A DNA stretch of 64,000 nt from Octopus bimaculoides (Eukaryota), in NCBI RefSeq assembly GCF_001194135.2, contig NC_069002.1, positions 14,997,559-15,061,558 of the forward strand, written 5' to 3'. The translations under genes were made by a program, and so were the position numbers. Positions 38,641 through 52,401 of this stretch are shown here, one piece after another. The notes beneath the pieces are model-generated. The model saw only the letters and a list, made by a program, of their open reading frames with translations, had not been told where the DNA came from and ran no database searches. Position 1 is the first letter of the stretch; each line of letters begins with the position of its first letter.

Positions 38641-41600
38641 CAAATTTACAGAAAATAAAAGACAAATACAGGTGTAGGAACAACAAGCAGGTGTGTTGGT
38701 CTAATGCTTGGGAAAAATGTTTCAAGTCTCTGCTCTTCGACAGAAGGGATTAAAAAGAAAAAAAAGGAGAGGTAATGAAAAAAAAAAAAAATGGAGAGAG
38801 AAAAACTGTGTAGAGTTCAGCGGTGCAACATGGCAATATATATATATAATTTAGAAAACAATATTTTTAATAAGTCCTTCACAATGAAAGTCATTACAAA
38901 TCAAATATTGTTTGGAATTTTAAGGCTAATATGATTAGATGGCAAAAATGAAAAATTTAAGAAATTAGGAAAAATTTAAGTGATTATGAATTACTTACAT
39001 TTTGAAATATCAAATGACAAGTTAAAGTGGAACTGTCTAAGAAGTTCTCTCCAAATACAATTGCTTTGTTACATTTATATACTTTTGTGTCACAAAATTT
39101 CGTTTTCAGCTCAAATACTGTAGGTCCTTTGATTTTGTTTATAGAACAGTCAACACCCTCAAATTGGCTATCACATACACAGATACCTGAAGAATAAAAA
39201 ATGTTGATTTCTTTACAGTTACTTTAAGTCCTACACAAAAAGTCTTATACAAAAAATAATAAAGAAGTTCGTTTTGCAACCATATGGTTCCCAGTTTGTT
39301 CTCAATGTACAGAACTTGGCTAGCTGCTTTCTGCTATAGCCTTTAACTGACCAAAGACAACTTAAGGGTAGAATTCATTTTCAGTAACTGTGTCTCTATG
39401 TTGCGCCTTCATGTTTATGCTGTGTCTATGTTATACCTCCACGTTTATGCTGTGTCTGTGTTGTGCTTCCACCTAGAAAGTTACTTTCCGAGGCACAAGT
39501 CCAAGCAAAGCTGTTTATGGAAGACCAGCATACCAGCCTCCTCTCTTCATGCCATTATATGTACATAGAGTAAAGGCACAAGTCCAGACAAATTTGTTTA
39601 TGGAGACAAGCAGTCACCCATACATACCATGCATCCCCTCTTCATGCCACTGATGTTATCCAAGAGAAAGGCAAAGGGCAATACAGCTTGGCACCAGTGA
39701 TGTTGCAACTCATTTCTACAGCTGAGTGAACTGAAACAACATGAAATAAAGTGTCTTACTCAAGAGAAAGACATTTGAGTGAGATCGTTGCCAGTGCCGC
39801 CGAACTGGTTCCTGTACAGGTGACACGTAAAATACACCATTTTGAGCATGGCCATTGCCAGTACCGCCTGACTGGCCTTCGTGCCGGTGGCATGTAAAAG
39901 CACCCACTGCACTCTCAGAGTGGTTGGCGTTAGGAAGGGCATCCAGCTGGAGAAACTCTGCCAAATCAGATTGGAGCCTGGTGTAGCCATCTGGTTTCAC
40001 CAGTCCTGAGTTAAATCGTCCAACCCATGCTAGCATGGAAAGCGGACGTTAAACGATGACGATGATGATGATGAAGAAAAACACACACCCAGGTTGAAAA
40101 ACTGAACTCACTACCTCATGATTGTGAGACTGATGCTCTAACCACTGAGCTATGCACCAACAACTTGTGCTAAAATTGGTCAAATTGACAAAACCAATTC
40201 TATTAAAATTCTGAAATAAATTTTAGAAATGGTAAATAGTTAGATACAGGTAATTAATGAATCCATTCATTAGACAATTAGAGGGAAGAGAAAGAATTAA
40301 TGAATTACCCTCAACACATTTTCCTTGATCATTACATTCACTTGGACAAATATTATCCTGAATTATTTCTGCTGGTGATTTGTCAGTGCCATTTGAAGAA
40401 TCGTTTTTCCACAGTTCAACATTGGTGTTTACTTCAATGAGGCACAACTGAAGATAGTTCTGTAAAGCTTCATCAACCCAGAAAAAGTTGTCCATAATCT
40501 GGAATATATTTAGAGTAAAATAGGTTTGAAATACAACAAGAAGCACTATGACTATAGCTGACTGTTTACAAACATGAATATGTAGGCATAAGCACATCTG
40601 CTTATGTGTGTGTGTGTGTGCATGCATGAATGTGTGTGTTTTTATATGTGTATATGTTTGTATATGTTAGTATACATGTTGTTGGCACTCTGTCGTTTAC
40701 AATGTCGTGGGTTCCAGTTGATCCAATCAACGGAACAGCCTGCTCGTCAAATTAACGTGCAAGTGGCTGAGCACTCCACAGACACGTGTACCCTTAACGT
40801 AGTTCTCGGGGATATTCAGCGTGACAAGGCTGACCCTTTGAATTACAGGCACAACAGAAACAGGAAGTAAGAGTGAGAGAAATTTGTGGTGGAAGAGTAC
40901 AGCAGGGTTCGCCACCATCCCCTGCCGGAGCCTTGTGGAGCTTTAGGTGTTTTGGCTCAATAAACACTCACAACACCCGGTCTGGGAATCGAAACCGTGA
41001 TCATATCACCATGAGTCCGCTGCCCTAGCCACTGGGCCATTGCGCCTCCACTGTTAGTATACATGTATGAATATAAATAGATGCATATGTATGAATATAT
41101 GTGGGCTTGTACATATCATCATCATCATTTAACATCCTTTTTCCATGCTGGCATGGGTTGTATGGTTCAACATGAACAGATGAGCCAGAGGGCTCCACTA
41201 GGTGCAATGCCTGATTTGGCATGGTTTCTACAACTCAATGCCTTTCCTAACACCAACCACTTAACAGAATGTAGTGGATGCTTTTTACATGATACCAGCA
41301 CTGGTGAGGACACCAAGTACCTGTAAGTTAAGACCTCTCAACTGAGCGGGGTATAGACTGGATGAATAAGAAACTATGAGAGAGAGAGAGAGAGGAGCAA
41401 GTGACTTGCTGAAAAAGTGACTACAGGGCTTGCCCACCTGAAAAGTGATGTGTTATCCTATATACGTGAACATGTAGTCACTGACTTGCCTGTATATGTA
41501 TGTATGTTCATGGATGTATGTACAGTCATGGCCAAAAGTTTGGAACCTTTTTTTTTAATTTAAAATTATGCCCAAGTACAATGTGATTCAAATATATCCA

Positions 41601-44600
41601 ATATAGAGATATACATACTTAATAACTGATCCAATGGTTCAATATCTAGAAGAAAACATTTTCAGACCCATGTTCCAAACTTTTGACCAAGTAATAATAT
41701 ATTGCAAATTAAATATAGCTTTGTGCCTCTAATATAAAGATTCTAATTTTCAGACCTAGTTTCCATGACTTTAATATATGTGAGACACTCTGTGCCTGTG
41801 TAAATGTGCTTATTGGAATGTCATGAAATTATCTTAACAGAATTTATGCAACCTCACCTGTATATCAGTGACGCAGGAATCAACTGTTGTTACCAAATCA
41901 GAATTAGGAAGTACATCCAAGCAGGCCTTGGTAGAGGTCTTATTTTTTATGAAAGTTTGACATTTTTCAGTCGCAATCTTTACAGTGATACCAGACTCAG
42001 TTGGCCACTTCAATTCCTATGGCAAAAAAAACGAAAAACAAAAAATGATTGATGTGTTTTCCAGAAAAACCTTGATTATATTTTCCATAAAGAAAGAGAT
42101 AATATAAGAAAAACAAAATTAAGTTAAATATTTTAATCATTGCTGTTGCAATCCCAGCTTCCCATTAAAATCTCTAGTCAATAGCATTCCACCTGTGACC
42201 ATCCTGTCTTGTTTTCTCCAGTGACTGCTTTGAGCTTTTTTCATTGAGGTCAGTGGAATTTGAACACTAAACATAAAGCTGGAACAAATGCCACAAAGAA
42301 TTTTGTCTAGCTCGCTAACAATTATACATGCTTACTGCCTTAATAATAATAACCACGTGGAAATATACCACACAAGTGCAACGAACCTCTGCAGAATGTG
42401 TGGGAAGGAGGTCCAAAGCATGAATCACATTGTTTGTGCTTGTGAAAGTCTTGTGCAGAAAGAGTACAAGAGGAGGCACCACAAAGTAGCCCAAAACTTC
42501 CCTAGCTACTATGCTGGAAGTATGGATATGAGGTAATGGGTGCATAGTACCAATAGACACCAGAAAAGGTAATGAACGAAAAGGGGAAGGCAAAAATCCT
42601 CTGGGATTTTGACTTCCAGACAGACAAGATGTTAAAGCACCAAAGGCCAGATATAGTAACCTTTAGGCACAAGAGTGCCTAATAATCAATGTGACAGTGC
42701 AGAAGATCAACATATTATCGTGAAAAAAAGGGAAAAGGTTGATAAATATGGAGTCCTGAGAATTGAAGTTGCTAAGATGTGGTTGCAAGAATCAAACATA
42801 AAGGCTGTCATTTATTTTATTCTTTCTTTTACTTGTTTCAGTCATTTGACTGTGGCCATGCTGGAACAGTGCCTTGAATGCTTTTTAGTTAAACAAATCA
42901 ACCCCAAAACTTATATTTTAAGCCTAGTACTTATTCTATTGATCACTTTTACCAAACCGATAAGTTATGAGGATGTAAACACACCAACACCAGTTAATTA
43001 GGGGGCAAACACACACATGATGGACTTCTTTCAGTTTGTGTCTTCCAAATCCACTCACAAGGCTTTGGTCGGCCCAAAGCTATAGTAGAAGACACTTGGG
43101 CAAGTGAAACCATGTGGTTGGGAAGCAAGCTTCTTACCACACAGCCAGGCCTGCACCTCTACACAGCCATATTTTACATATGACACAATATAAAATGAGA
43201 AAATAAAGCTTGGTATATTAAAAAGACAAGAAACATCTAAGTAAAAATATGAAATATTCTACTTACTTGTGGAATAAATGTGGTATTGAATTCAAAATTG
43301 GTGGTCACATTTTCTGTAATGCATTTCTTGGGTGGACTTTCCATCATTGTTTCCTGGATAATTTCTGTTATATCTGTTACTACAGAATAACAATTAAAAA
43401 GGAAATGTATTCATAAGTAATTAATTCAAATTATATCACAACCATCATCACCATTGCTTACCATTATTACAATGACTACTAACATAACCATTATCATCAT
43501 TATTATTATTATCATAATTATTAATATCAATGTCATTATAATTGGTTTCAAAGTCGCCCAAGTTGGACACAGTGAGATTTGAACTCAAAGTGCAAAGATG
43601 CAAAACAAATACCACGAGGTATCCTTCTCAATACTTTAACCAGTGCATCTCCTTGCACTGGGACTTTATTCAGCAACCTCAGAAGCATGAAAGTCAATGC
43701 TGGAATCCTGGTAGATTTTGAACTCAGCACTCCTGAGGAAAATGCTTTGTAGAATAAATATGTCAATATAGTTTCTTCACTGATCACGTGACTGACCAGA
43801 CTATCAGAAGCTGTTACACATCACTGGTCACAATGTGTTTTGCATCATTTCAGCCTTTGAATGACACAACTTTGCTGGTTAGGTGAGCAGGCTAACATTC
43901 CCCCCTAATCGAAAGGGGAATTGAAGCAAGTTGAAACAAAGTGTTTTGCTCAAGAAAACAACACACCACCCAGTCTAGGAACTGAACCCTCGATCTAGTG
44001 ATCATTAGTGCAACAGCCTTACCACTAGGCTACATGTTTTCACTGAGTGTAGTAATACTTCAATAAATTTATTGCCTAAAGGTAGTTGTTATTGGCACTC
44101 CATAGCTTACGACGTCGAGGGTTCCAGTTGATCCGATCAACGGAACAGCCTGCTCATGAAATTAACGTGCAAGTGGCTGAGCACTCCACAGACACGTGTA
44201 CCCTTAATGTAGTTCTCGGGGATATTCAGTGTGACACAGTGTGACAAGGCTGACCCTTTGAATTACAGGTACAACAGAAACAGGAAGTAAGAGTGAGAGA
44301 AAGTTGTGGTGAAAGAGTACAGCAGGGTTGACCATCATCCCCTGCCGGAGCCTCGTGGAGCTTTAGGTGTTTACGCTCAATAAACACTCACAACGCCCGG
44401 TCTGGGAATCAAAACCGCGATCCTATGACCGCAAGTCCGCTGCCCTAAGCACTGGGCCATTGTGCCTCCACCTAAAGGTAGACAGAGAAGCAAAGACAGA
44501 AAGGTAAAGCATATTGGTAATGACTTGTCTATACCTCGTTATTGAAACAGTGCTATTAGGAATGTTATCAATCAGAATAACTCTCAAACCACAGAGGTGT

Positions 44601-47600
44601 TTCAATGACAGTAATTTTTACACTAACATAATCCATATTTAGTTGTTGCTTAAAATGGAGATTATCAAAGAACTGCAAATTAAGTAAGTGACATGTCTAC
44701 ATGCTCAGTAATTAACTATCAGTGTCTTATAATATGAATCAATGGGATATTAACCCTTTTGAGATGACAGGGCCAATCTATCATCTGAAAAGTCAAATGA
44801 CAATGAAGATTGTAATACTTCATTCAATTTCCTACAAGAATATAAAAATTAATAAAAAATAAAGTAATTACATTACATATCATCATCATCATCATCATTT
44901 AACATCTGCATTCCAGCATGGAACATGAATGTTAGATGATGATGATGATATATAAAGTATTTACTTTATTTTTTTATAATTATATTTGAAAAACAAGTGC
45001 ATGCCTTCTGTAGGGCTTGTGAAAAAGGTTCTATATTCTCGCCACTGAAACTTCAAATGGAACTCCATCTCCAAGGAGTTAATGAACTTCTGGGTAGGAA
45101 CTATTTTTTTAACCAGGACTACCAAGGAGTCATTCATGTCCCCTGCCTTGATGTTAGGGAGAGGACACGAGTGACTTCTGTGTGAAAAGGGAGAAACAAG
45201 TGATAAAGTCATAGGCTACCCTGATAAGCATATAAAATAGTAAGTTATTATTCTCAGACAGGGAATAGGGTTTGAATATTTATGATATTTACTGGATATT
45301 GTCAAAGACACTGGGAAGTCAGCAATCCCCAACTAATGGACCATGGGCCCTGAAGGTCTATGAACTATATTGCAAACTTTAAGGGGCTGCAGTAATAAAA
45401 TGTATAACTACTCAATTAATATAATTATTCAGTTCCAAATAACTTTCAATTGGGATATGAAACCAGGAAAAGAAATTTATTGTTGGTTAATAAAACCAGT
45501 TTATTGAGTAGACAGACCTTTCCAAGGCCTCCCATACATGGGGAAATTAATTTAAATAAAAGAGGTAAGAAATTACAAGGCTCAGTAATGGGGATAAGCT
45601 AGAATTGTTAGATAAGACAAACATGTTTCTTTGAAGTTCTTATACCTGTTTTTGACAACTAAGTGAACTGTGGCATACAGAATCTAGTGTCCTGTTCTAA
45701 AAATTGATTTTTAGCCAAAAATTTTGGGGCAAGACCAATGTTTCCAAGAAGGATGAAACTATTCAATTGAACAGACCTCAGTACTTGACTGGTACATTGT
45801 TTTATTGACATTGGAAGGATGAAAGTCAAAGTTAATCATAGTGTAGTGGCGCAAAATCATAGCCGCCATTGAGGAAGTACTATCTGCACATGCACAAGGG
45901 ACTTGCCTTTCCAGAAGCCCCTTGAGTGCGCATGCGTAGTAAAACTAGAGTTTGTTTCACTTTGTAAGCCTCTTCAGTGCGATACCTTCGACATGACAAT
46001 ACCTTGCTCCTCAACGGAGCACTTTTCCCCACGATGCCTTCGATGTGATAGCTACTTGCTCCTCTGGCATGCATCAAGGAAGCTCTTAATCTTCCAATAC
46101 TAATTACAACTTAATCAGCGGCTACTAAGCTGAATGACACAGGATTTGTAAAACCAAGCATCATCAAAAATAAAACTTATTTTTATTATGTTGTTAACTG
46201 TTCTGCTGTTTCTTCATATATAATTATGTTGAAAGGTGATAGAGAGAGACTAATGTCTCTATTGCAACTATCAACCTTTTACAATAGCAAGATTTGAACT
46301 CAGAATGTAAAGAGCTGGAACAAATACCACAAGACATTTTGTCCTATGCTTTAATGATTTTTCCAATCCTGCAGCAAGATGCAACCAAATTCCTGTTTTA
46401 TGTTTCAATGAACCTTTATATTATGAGTTCATAAATCAATACCCAGAAAAGCTTTTGATGTTTCAATAAATAAAAAAATACTTTTAAAAGAAGAAAGAAA
46501 TATTAATTGGTTTTACCTTTTGATCTTTTTTTGTTGTTGCTGCTGCGGAGTTTGTCACATGTGCGAAGATTCAAATTTGCTAAGCATGATGAATTCTCTT
46601 TCTTGCAGTCACAGAAAATTGGATGCTTCATTTCACCCTCATTGATTCCACAGAAACCATTATAGAGAGTATTCTCTACTGAAACTCTGAAGATAAACAA
46701 AGAAAGACACAAAAACTAATTAATCTATCAACTGGTCGATTAACTATTGGGCTAAAGAACAATTTGATTTGGGCTAATTCAAAGTTTGTGACAGAACAAA
46801 CTTTTGATCCAAACAACATTGAATACTTCAACACCACTTCACTCGAAGGAAAAGTAAACATTGAAAAAGAAACATTGGAGGCAAAACATTTACTATATTA
46901 AGCATAGCTGTGTGGTAAGAAACTTGCTTCTCAGTTACATTGTTCTGGGTTCAGTCCCACCATGTGGCACCTTGGGCAAGTGTCTTCTATTATAACCATG
47001 TGAGTGTATTTGGTAGATGGTAACTGAAAAAAGCTCATTGATTTGGGCTATCCTTTGAGTAAACAACGCACAGATTACTCCGGACATGATATGATATATA
47101 TCCACCTTTGCTACTACAATTATCTCCGGAAAATATCCACAAGGATTCTTTACATGGATGTTTACTGCTGGAATGAAGCTACACTCCAAGTATTGTTTCT
47201 TCTTTGTTCTTTTTTCAGCACATCGCTCTCACTTCTTACTACAACTCTCCTCTTATACATGTAATAATCCATTCTTCTACTACTACCGTCTCCGATGAAG
47301 GGATACATTGGATTTTCCCTGAAGCAGCTGTAAGACTTTATCCATAAAATATATTTCTAACTTTGCCATTGGTCTCTTTATCCTTTTCTGTCTTTATACA
47401 TATCTATATATATATATATATATATATAAATACACACACACATGTATATATCTATGTGCACATCTCTGTGTCTGTATTTGTCCCCCGCTTTCAATTGACA
47501 ACTAGTGGTAGTGTGTTTATGCCCATGTAACTTAGCAGTTTGACAAAAGAGAATGATAGAATAAGTATTAGGTTTCAACAAAATAAGTCCTAAGGTTAAT

Positions 47601-50600
47601 TTGTTCAAATAAAACCCTTCAAGGCAGTGCCCCAGCATGGCTGCAGTCAAAATATTGAAGCAAGTAAAAAGATAAAAAAAAAAGATAAAGAATGAATTAA
47701 CTGTTAATTATGGTCAACAAAAAGCAAAGTATTGACCCATTAAAGTAGTTGACCTTCACCCTATAAACTCAGTTCAAACAGAAAAGGATCTTCATCAATT
47801 TCTACAATGAATATTCAGTTGTTCAATCCACTGAACTACTTCCTGCTCACTGAATTAATTCATAAGTGGCTGAGTATTCTTCCGACACATAATTCTCGAG
47901 CAGAATCAATCTGATGCAGTGTGTGACAAGACTAGACTTTTGAATTTCTTCTACAATCTGTCTAACTGCCTAGTTTCACTCCTATGTATGGGTTGACCCA
48001 AAGCTATAGCAAAAGACACATGACCAGGTGGCAACATCATGAGATCAAACCCTGGACCGTATGAATGTGAAGCAAATTTCTTTACTCTTTTACCATGCTG
48101 CATCAACTGACTCTCTTTTACTTGTTTCAGTCATTTGGCTGCAGCCATGCTGGAGCACCGCCTGCCTTTAGTCGAGCAAATCGACCCCAGGACTTATTCT
48201 TTGTAAGCCTAGTACTTATTCTATCAGTCTTTTTTGCCGAATCGCTAAGTTACGGGGATGTAAACACACCACCATCGGTTGTCAAGCAATGTTGGGGGGA
48301 CAAACACAGACACACAAACATATACACACACACACATATATATATACAAATATACGACAGGATTTTTTCAGTTTCTGTCTACTAAATCCACTCACAAGGC
48401 TTTGGTCATGCCGAGGCTATAGTAGAAGACACTTGCCCAAGGTACCACGCAATGGGAATGAACCCGGAACCATGTGGTTGGTAAGCAAGCTACTTACCAC
48501 ACAGCCACTCCTGCGCCCGATGAAAAGAAAAAAAAAAAAAAGAATAGATTCACTTCTTAGAAATCTCAGCTTTCTTCATCAGTTACCATTGTTATTTGTA
48601 AAGGAAACTTGACAGTCAAATAAAACATTAAAAGTTTTTAATTACCGCCAGCTTTCGGAGAATTTATTTGGTTGTTTTGCCTTGATTGAGAGAACTTTAG
48701 AGTCAGGTGTTACATAGTCATTATCTTTAACACCATCAAAGTTTCCACACAAACCTGCCAAACAGAATGGAAATATGAAATAAAGTAAAAGAATATATTG
48801 CAAACGTTAATTTGAAAAACAACAATAATTTTTTAAATCTATGCCAAAATAGACATTGGAGCGCAATACAATCCTTGAACTCATTGGATTCTGTCAAACC
48901 ATCTAACGAATGCCAGCATAAAACATGGACATTAAATGATGATGAGGATGATGATGAATTAATTAATTGCTATGATTTTCAGCAAATAATGTTATGCTTT
49001 CAAGGTGAAATCAGTAATTATATCAGCTCATGCTAAAAATATCACACTGTTATATGAAATCAACCCTTTGTTTGTCCAAAGCATTTTCATATGTTTGTCC
49101 TAAATGTCCATGCTTATTTTCAAACTTTTCTGTGTTTCATACACTTTGAGTAATACAAAGCTTACCTTTCATAAGTCTCAAATTATTCTAGAGCAGTGAT
49201 TCTCAACTGGGGTCCATATGGATTAACCATTAAGCAAAATAAGCATGTGCTTAGGGCATCAAAGGAAGGGGGCACCACAAAAATGGTAAATGGTTTATGG
49301 CACAAAAGAAATCACTTTAAACTTGCTAAAATAGCATTCGAAGTGGTTTATATGATTGGAAATATAATTTTGAAGTGTTCATGGTGTCATAGCGAGGATT
49401 TGGTCAAAGTCTTTTCAATTAAAAAGAAGTAGGAGAAAACTTTTCAAATATAAATAAAATGGAAGTATACAAAAATAAACATTATTTTCCATTTTACTGT
49501 TAGTTTTATTTCATTTTGAAAAATAAGTATTTTTTTATGGTTTATTATTGCTTATATTTTGAATTACATATATATGGAGGCACCAAAATATTTTAAGTGC
49601 TTAGGGCCTCTATGGGTCTTAAGCTGGCCATGGTTCTAGGGGTCATTTTATGAACCATTTGGGTTAAGAGTTGCATCAGCTACCTACTTAATCATCATCG
49701 TCGTTTAACGTCCGCTTTCCATGCTAGCATGGGTTGGACGATTTGACTGAGGACTGGTGAAACCAGATGGCTACACCAGGCTCCAGTCTGATCTGGCAGA
49801 GTTTCTACAGCTGGATACCCTTCCTAATGCCAACCACTCAGAGAGTGTAATGGGTGCTTTTACGTGCCACCGGCACGAGGGCCAGTCAGGCGGTACTGGC
49901 AATGGCCACACTCAAAATGGTGGATTTTATGTGCCACCCGCACAAGAGCCAGTCCAGGGCACTGGTAATGATCTCGCTCGAAAGTCCTTACACATGCCGC
50001 GGGCACAAGTGCCAGAAAGGCGACGCTGGGCACTTAATAAATGTTATATTTCAGAAAAGCCATATTTAGAGTTTGAAATAGACTTTGGTTAAATAGTAAA
50101 CACTTTAAAATTTACAAGGCAGGGAAACAGAGCAATTTATTCTCTGACTGTGTAAATGAAAAATATATTTGTAATTGACTGAGATGATTTCTCTATGACT
50201 GTCACTCAGAATCCAATGATGATTGGTAGCAAATATGCCATGTTTTTGTTTATTGTCTTAGGTGTTCATATAGTTGTGAGTAGGGACAAGTACCCTTTGG
50301 TCGTTTTTACTCATGACCCTCTGGAAAATCCAGAATATGACAGCCAGAGAGGAGTAGCACCAGCACTGGGCAGGTGTTTTAAAATTTTTTGCTGACGCTG
50401 AAAGGATGAATGACGAAACCACCCTTGGTGGAATTTGAACATAGAGCACAAAGAACTGGAACAAATACTACAACACCTGGAGTAGAACAGTTCATAACAA
50501 CATTGACCTCTGTCATGTGACAATAAGGGAGCATCTATAGAGTTAGTCTATCTGCTAGAAATAGCAAGTAATTTTGCTTCAAATCACATCCAATGCAAGG

Positions 50601-52110
50601 ATACACTAGATAATAATATGATCCAGAGTGTACATGGTGTAAAAAAAAAAATTCAAAAAAACTGATGAGATGATCATAGCTTGAATGTATTTGCTTCATC
50701 TGGCCTGATCTGGGGTTAAACAACAACAGCAACAAGAATAAGAGAGACATATTATTCTTAGAAAAAAATTTAAGTAAAAGTATTAAACTTACCTTCCGTG
50801 TTTTTGTAATCAATCGGTGAGGCTTTTATCCAGACGTTAATGTAGTCAGATTTGCCAGATTTACTTTTTTCGGCAATCACATAAGTACCAATAGGTAAAA
50901 CAACCTGGTCGTCAAAGAAAAAAAAAAAAAAACGGTTTATTTTTTCAATTGAGACAATTCTTAAATTTGCTCAGATTTAGGATTAGAAACTTTGCTCCAC
51001 AATTTTGTTGAAAGTGGGTTCAATTATATTGCCTAGTGGCACATACAACGAAAAGTTATGGTTTATAGTGCACTTCATTAGAATATGCTATGCTTTATGA
51101 GACTGGACTGTGATTACCAGCATGAATGTCACACTTCAAAAAGTAGTTAACCATTAAATGACTTTAGTAAATTTATATGGAAAAAGATGTGGAGGTGCAA
51201 TAGCCCAGTGGTTAGGGCAGGAGACTTGCGGTCATAGGATCACAGTTTCGATTCCCAGACCGGGCGTTGTGAGTGTTTATTGAGCGAAAACACCTAAAGC
51301 TCCATGAGGCTCCGGCAGAGGATGATGGCAAACCCTGCTGTACTCTTTCACCACAACTTTCTCTCGCTCTTTCTTCCTGTTTCTGTTGTGCCTGTAATTC
51401 AAAGGGTCAGCCTTGTCACACACTGTGTCACGCTGAATATCCCCGAGAACTACGTTAAGGGTGCACGTGTCTGTGGAGCGCTCAGCCACTTGCACGTTAA
51501 TTTCACGAGCAGGCTGTTCCGTTGATTGGAATTAACTGGAACCCTCGACGTCATAAGCGACGGAGTGCCAACAACAACAACAACATGGAAAAAGTAAGCA
51601 TTATACCATCCAGCATAAATAAAAGTCAACTTAATTATATTTAAGCCGTTATTTAAACGAGTCAACTTTGGGTATGATTGTTTACATTTTGTACGTCTTT
51701 TTTACAGCAAAAAAATTTCTAAAAAAATTCTAGGAATGATCTACTCATGTAATTTATGCACTCCTAAAGTTTATTTTCATTTTTGCTGCACACATATTTA
51801 TACAACATAACCACTGCCAAGCAGTCACTCTAATGATATTGCTTCTCTAATAAATGGAGGGAGAAATGATCAGTGTGCAAAAGAGAAAAATAAAGAAAAA
51901 TGAATGGGTTATTTTTCCTTGACCGTCAAAGGAAGATAGATGAATTATATCTGGACTCCTTCTAGGGGCCCTAGCCGTCCGATTATAGATTTTTATTAAA
52001 CTGCAATGAGCTTAATAAGAAACTGGATGCTGGTATAAAATGTAGAAAAACTTTCATCATGATTCGTTAACGGGTGTAGATGGCAACTTCACACAAACAA
52101 ACAGACTGCC

Positions 52111-52188
<78 letters not shown>

Positions 52189-52247
52189 GAATATATGAAT
52201 ATATATATATATAAATATATATATACATATATACACATACGCATCTA

Positions 52248-52288
<41 letters not shown>

Positions 52289-52367
52289 GAATATATGAAT
52301 ATATATATATATAAATATATATATATATACATATATACACATACACATCTATATATGTGTATATATA

Positions 52368-52401
<34 letters not shown>

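Noticed and set aside
46700-46900. Protein-looking + strand stretch ([17 protein letters not shown]...)
   Set aside because: About 65 codons bounded by stops, no start or splice support, no motif.
48540-48580. Minus-strand CTGATGA followed by an AGAAA/TTTCT stem
   Set aside because: No GAAA box after stem II; chance match.
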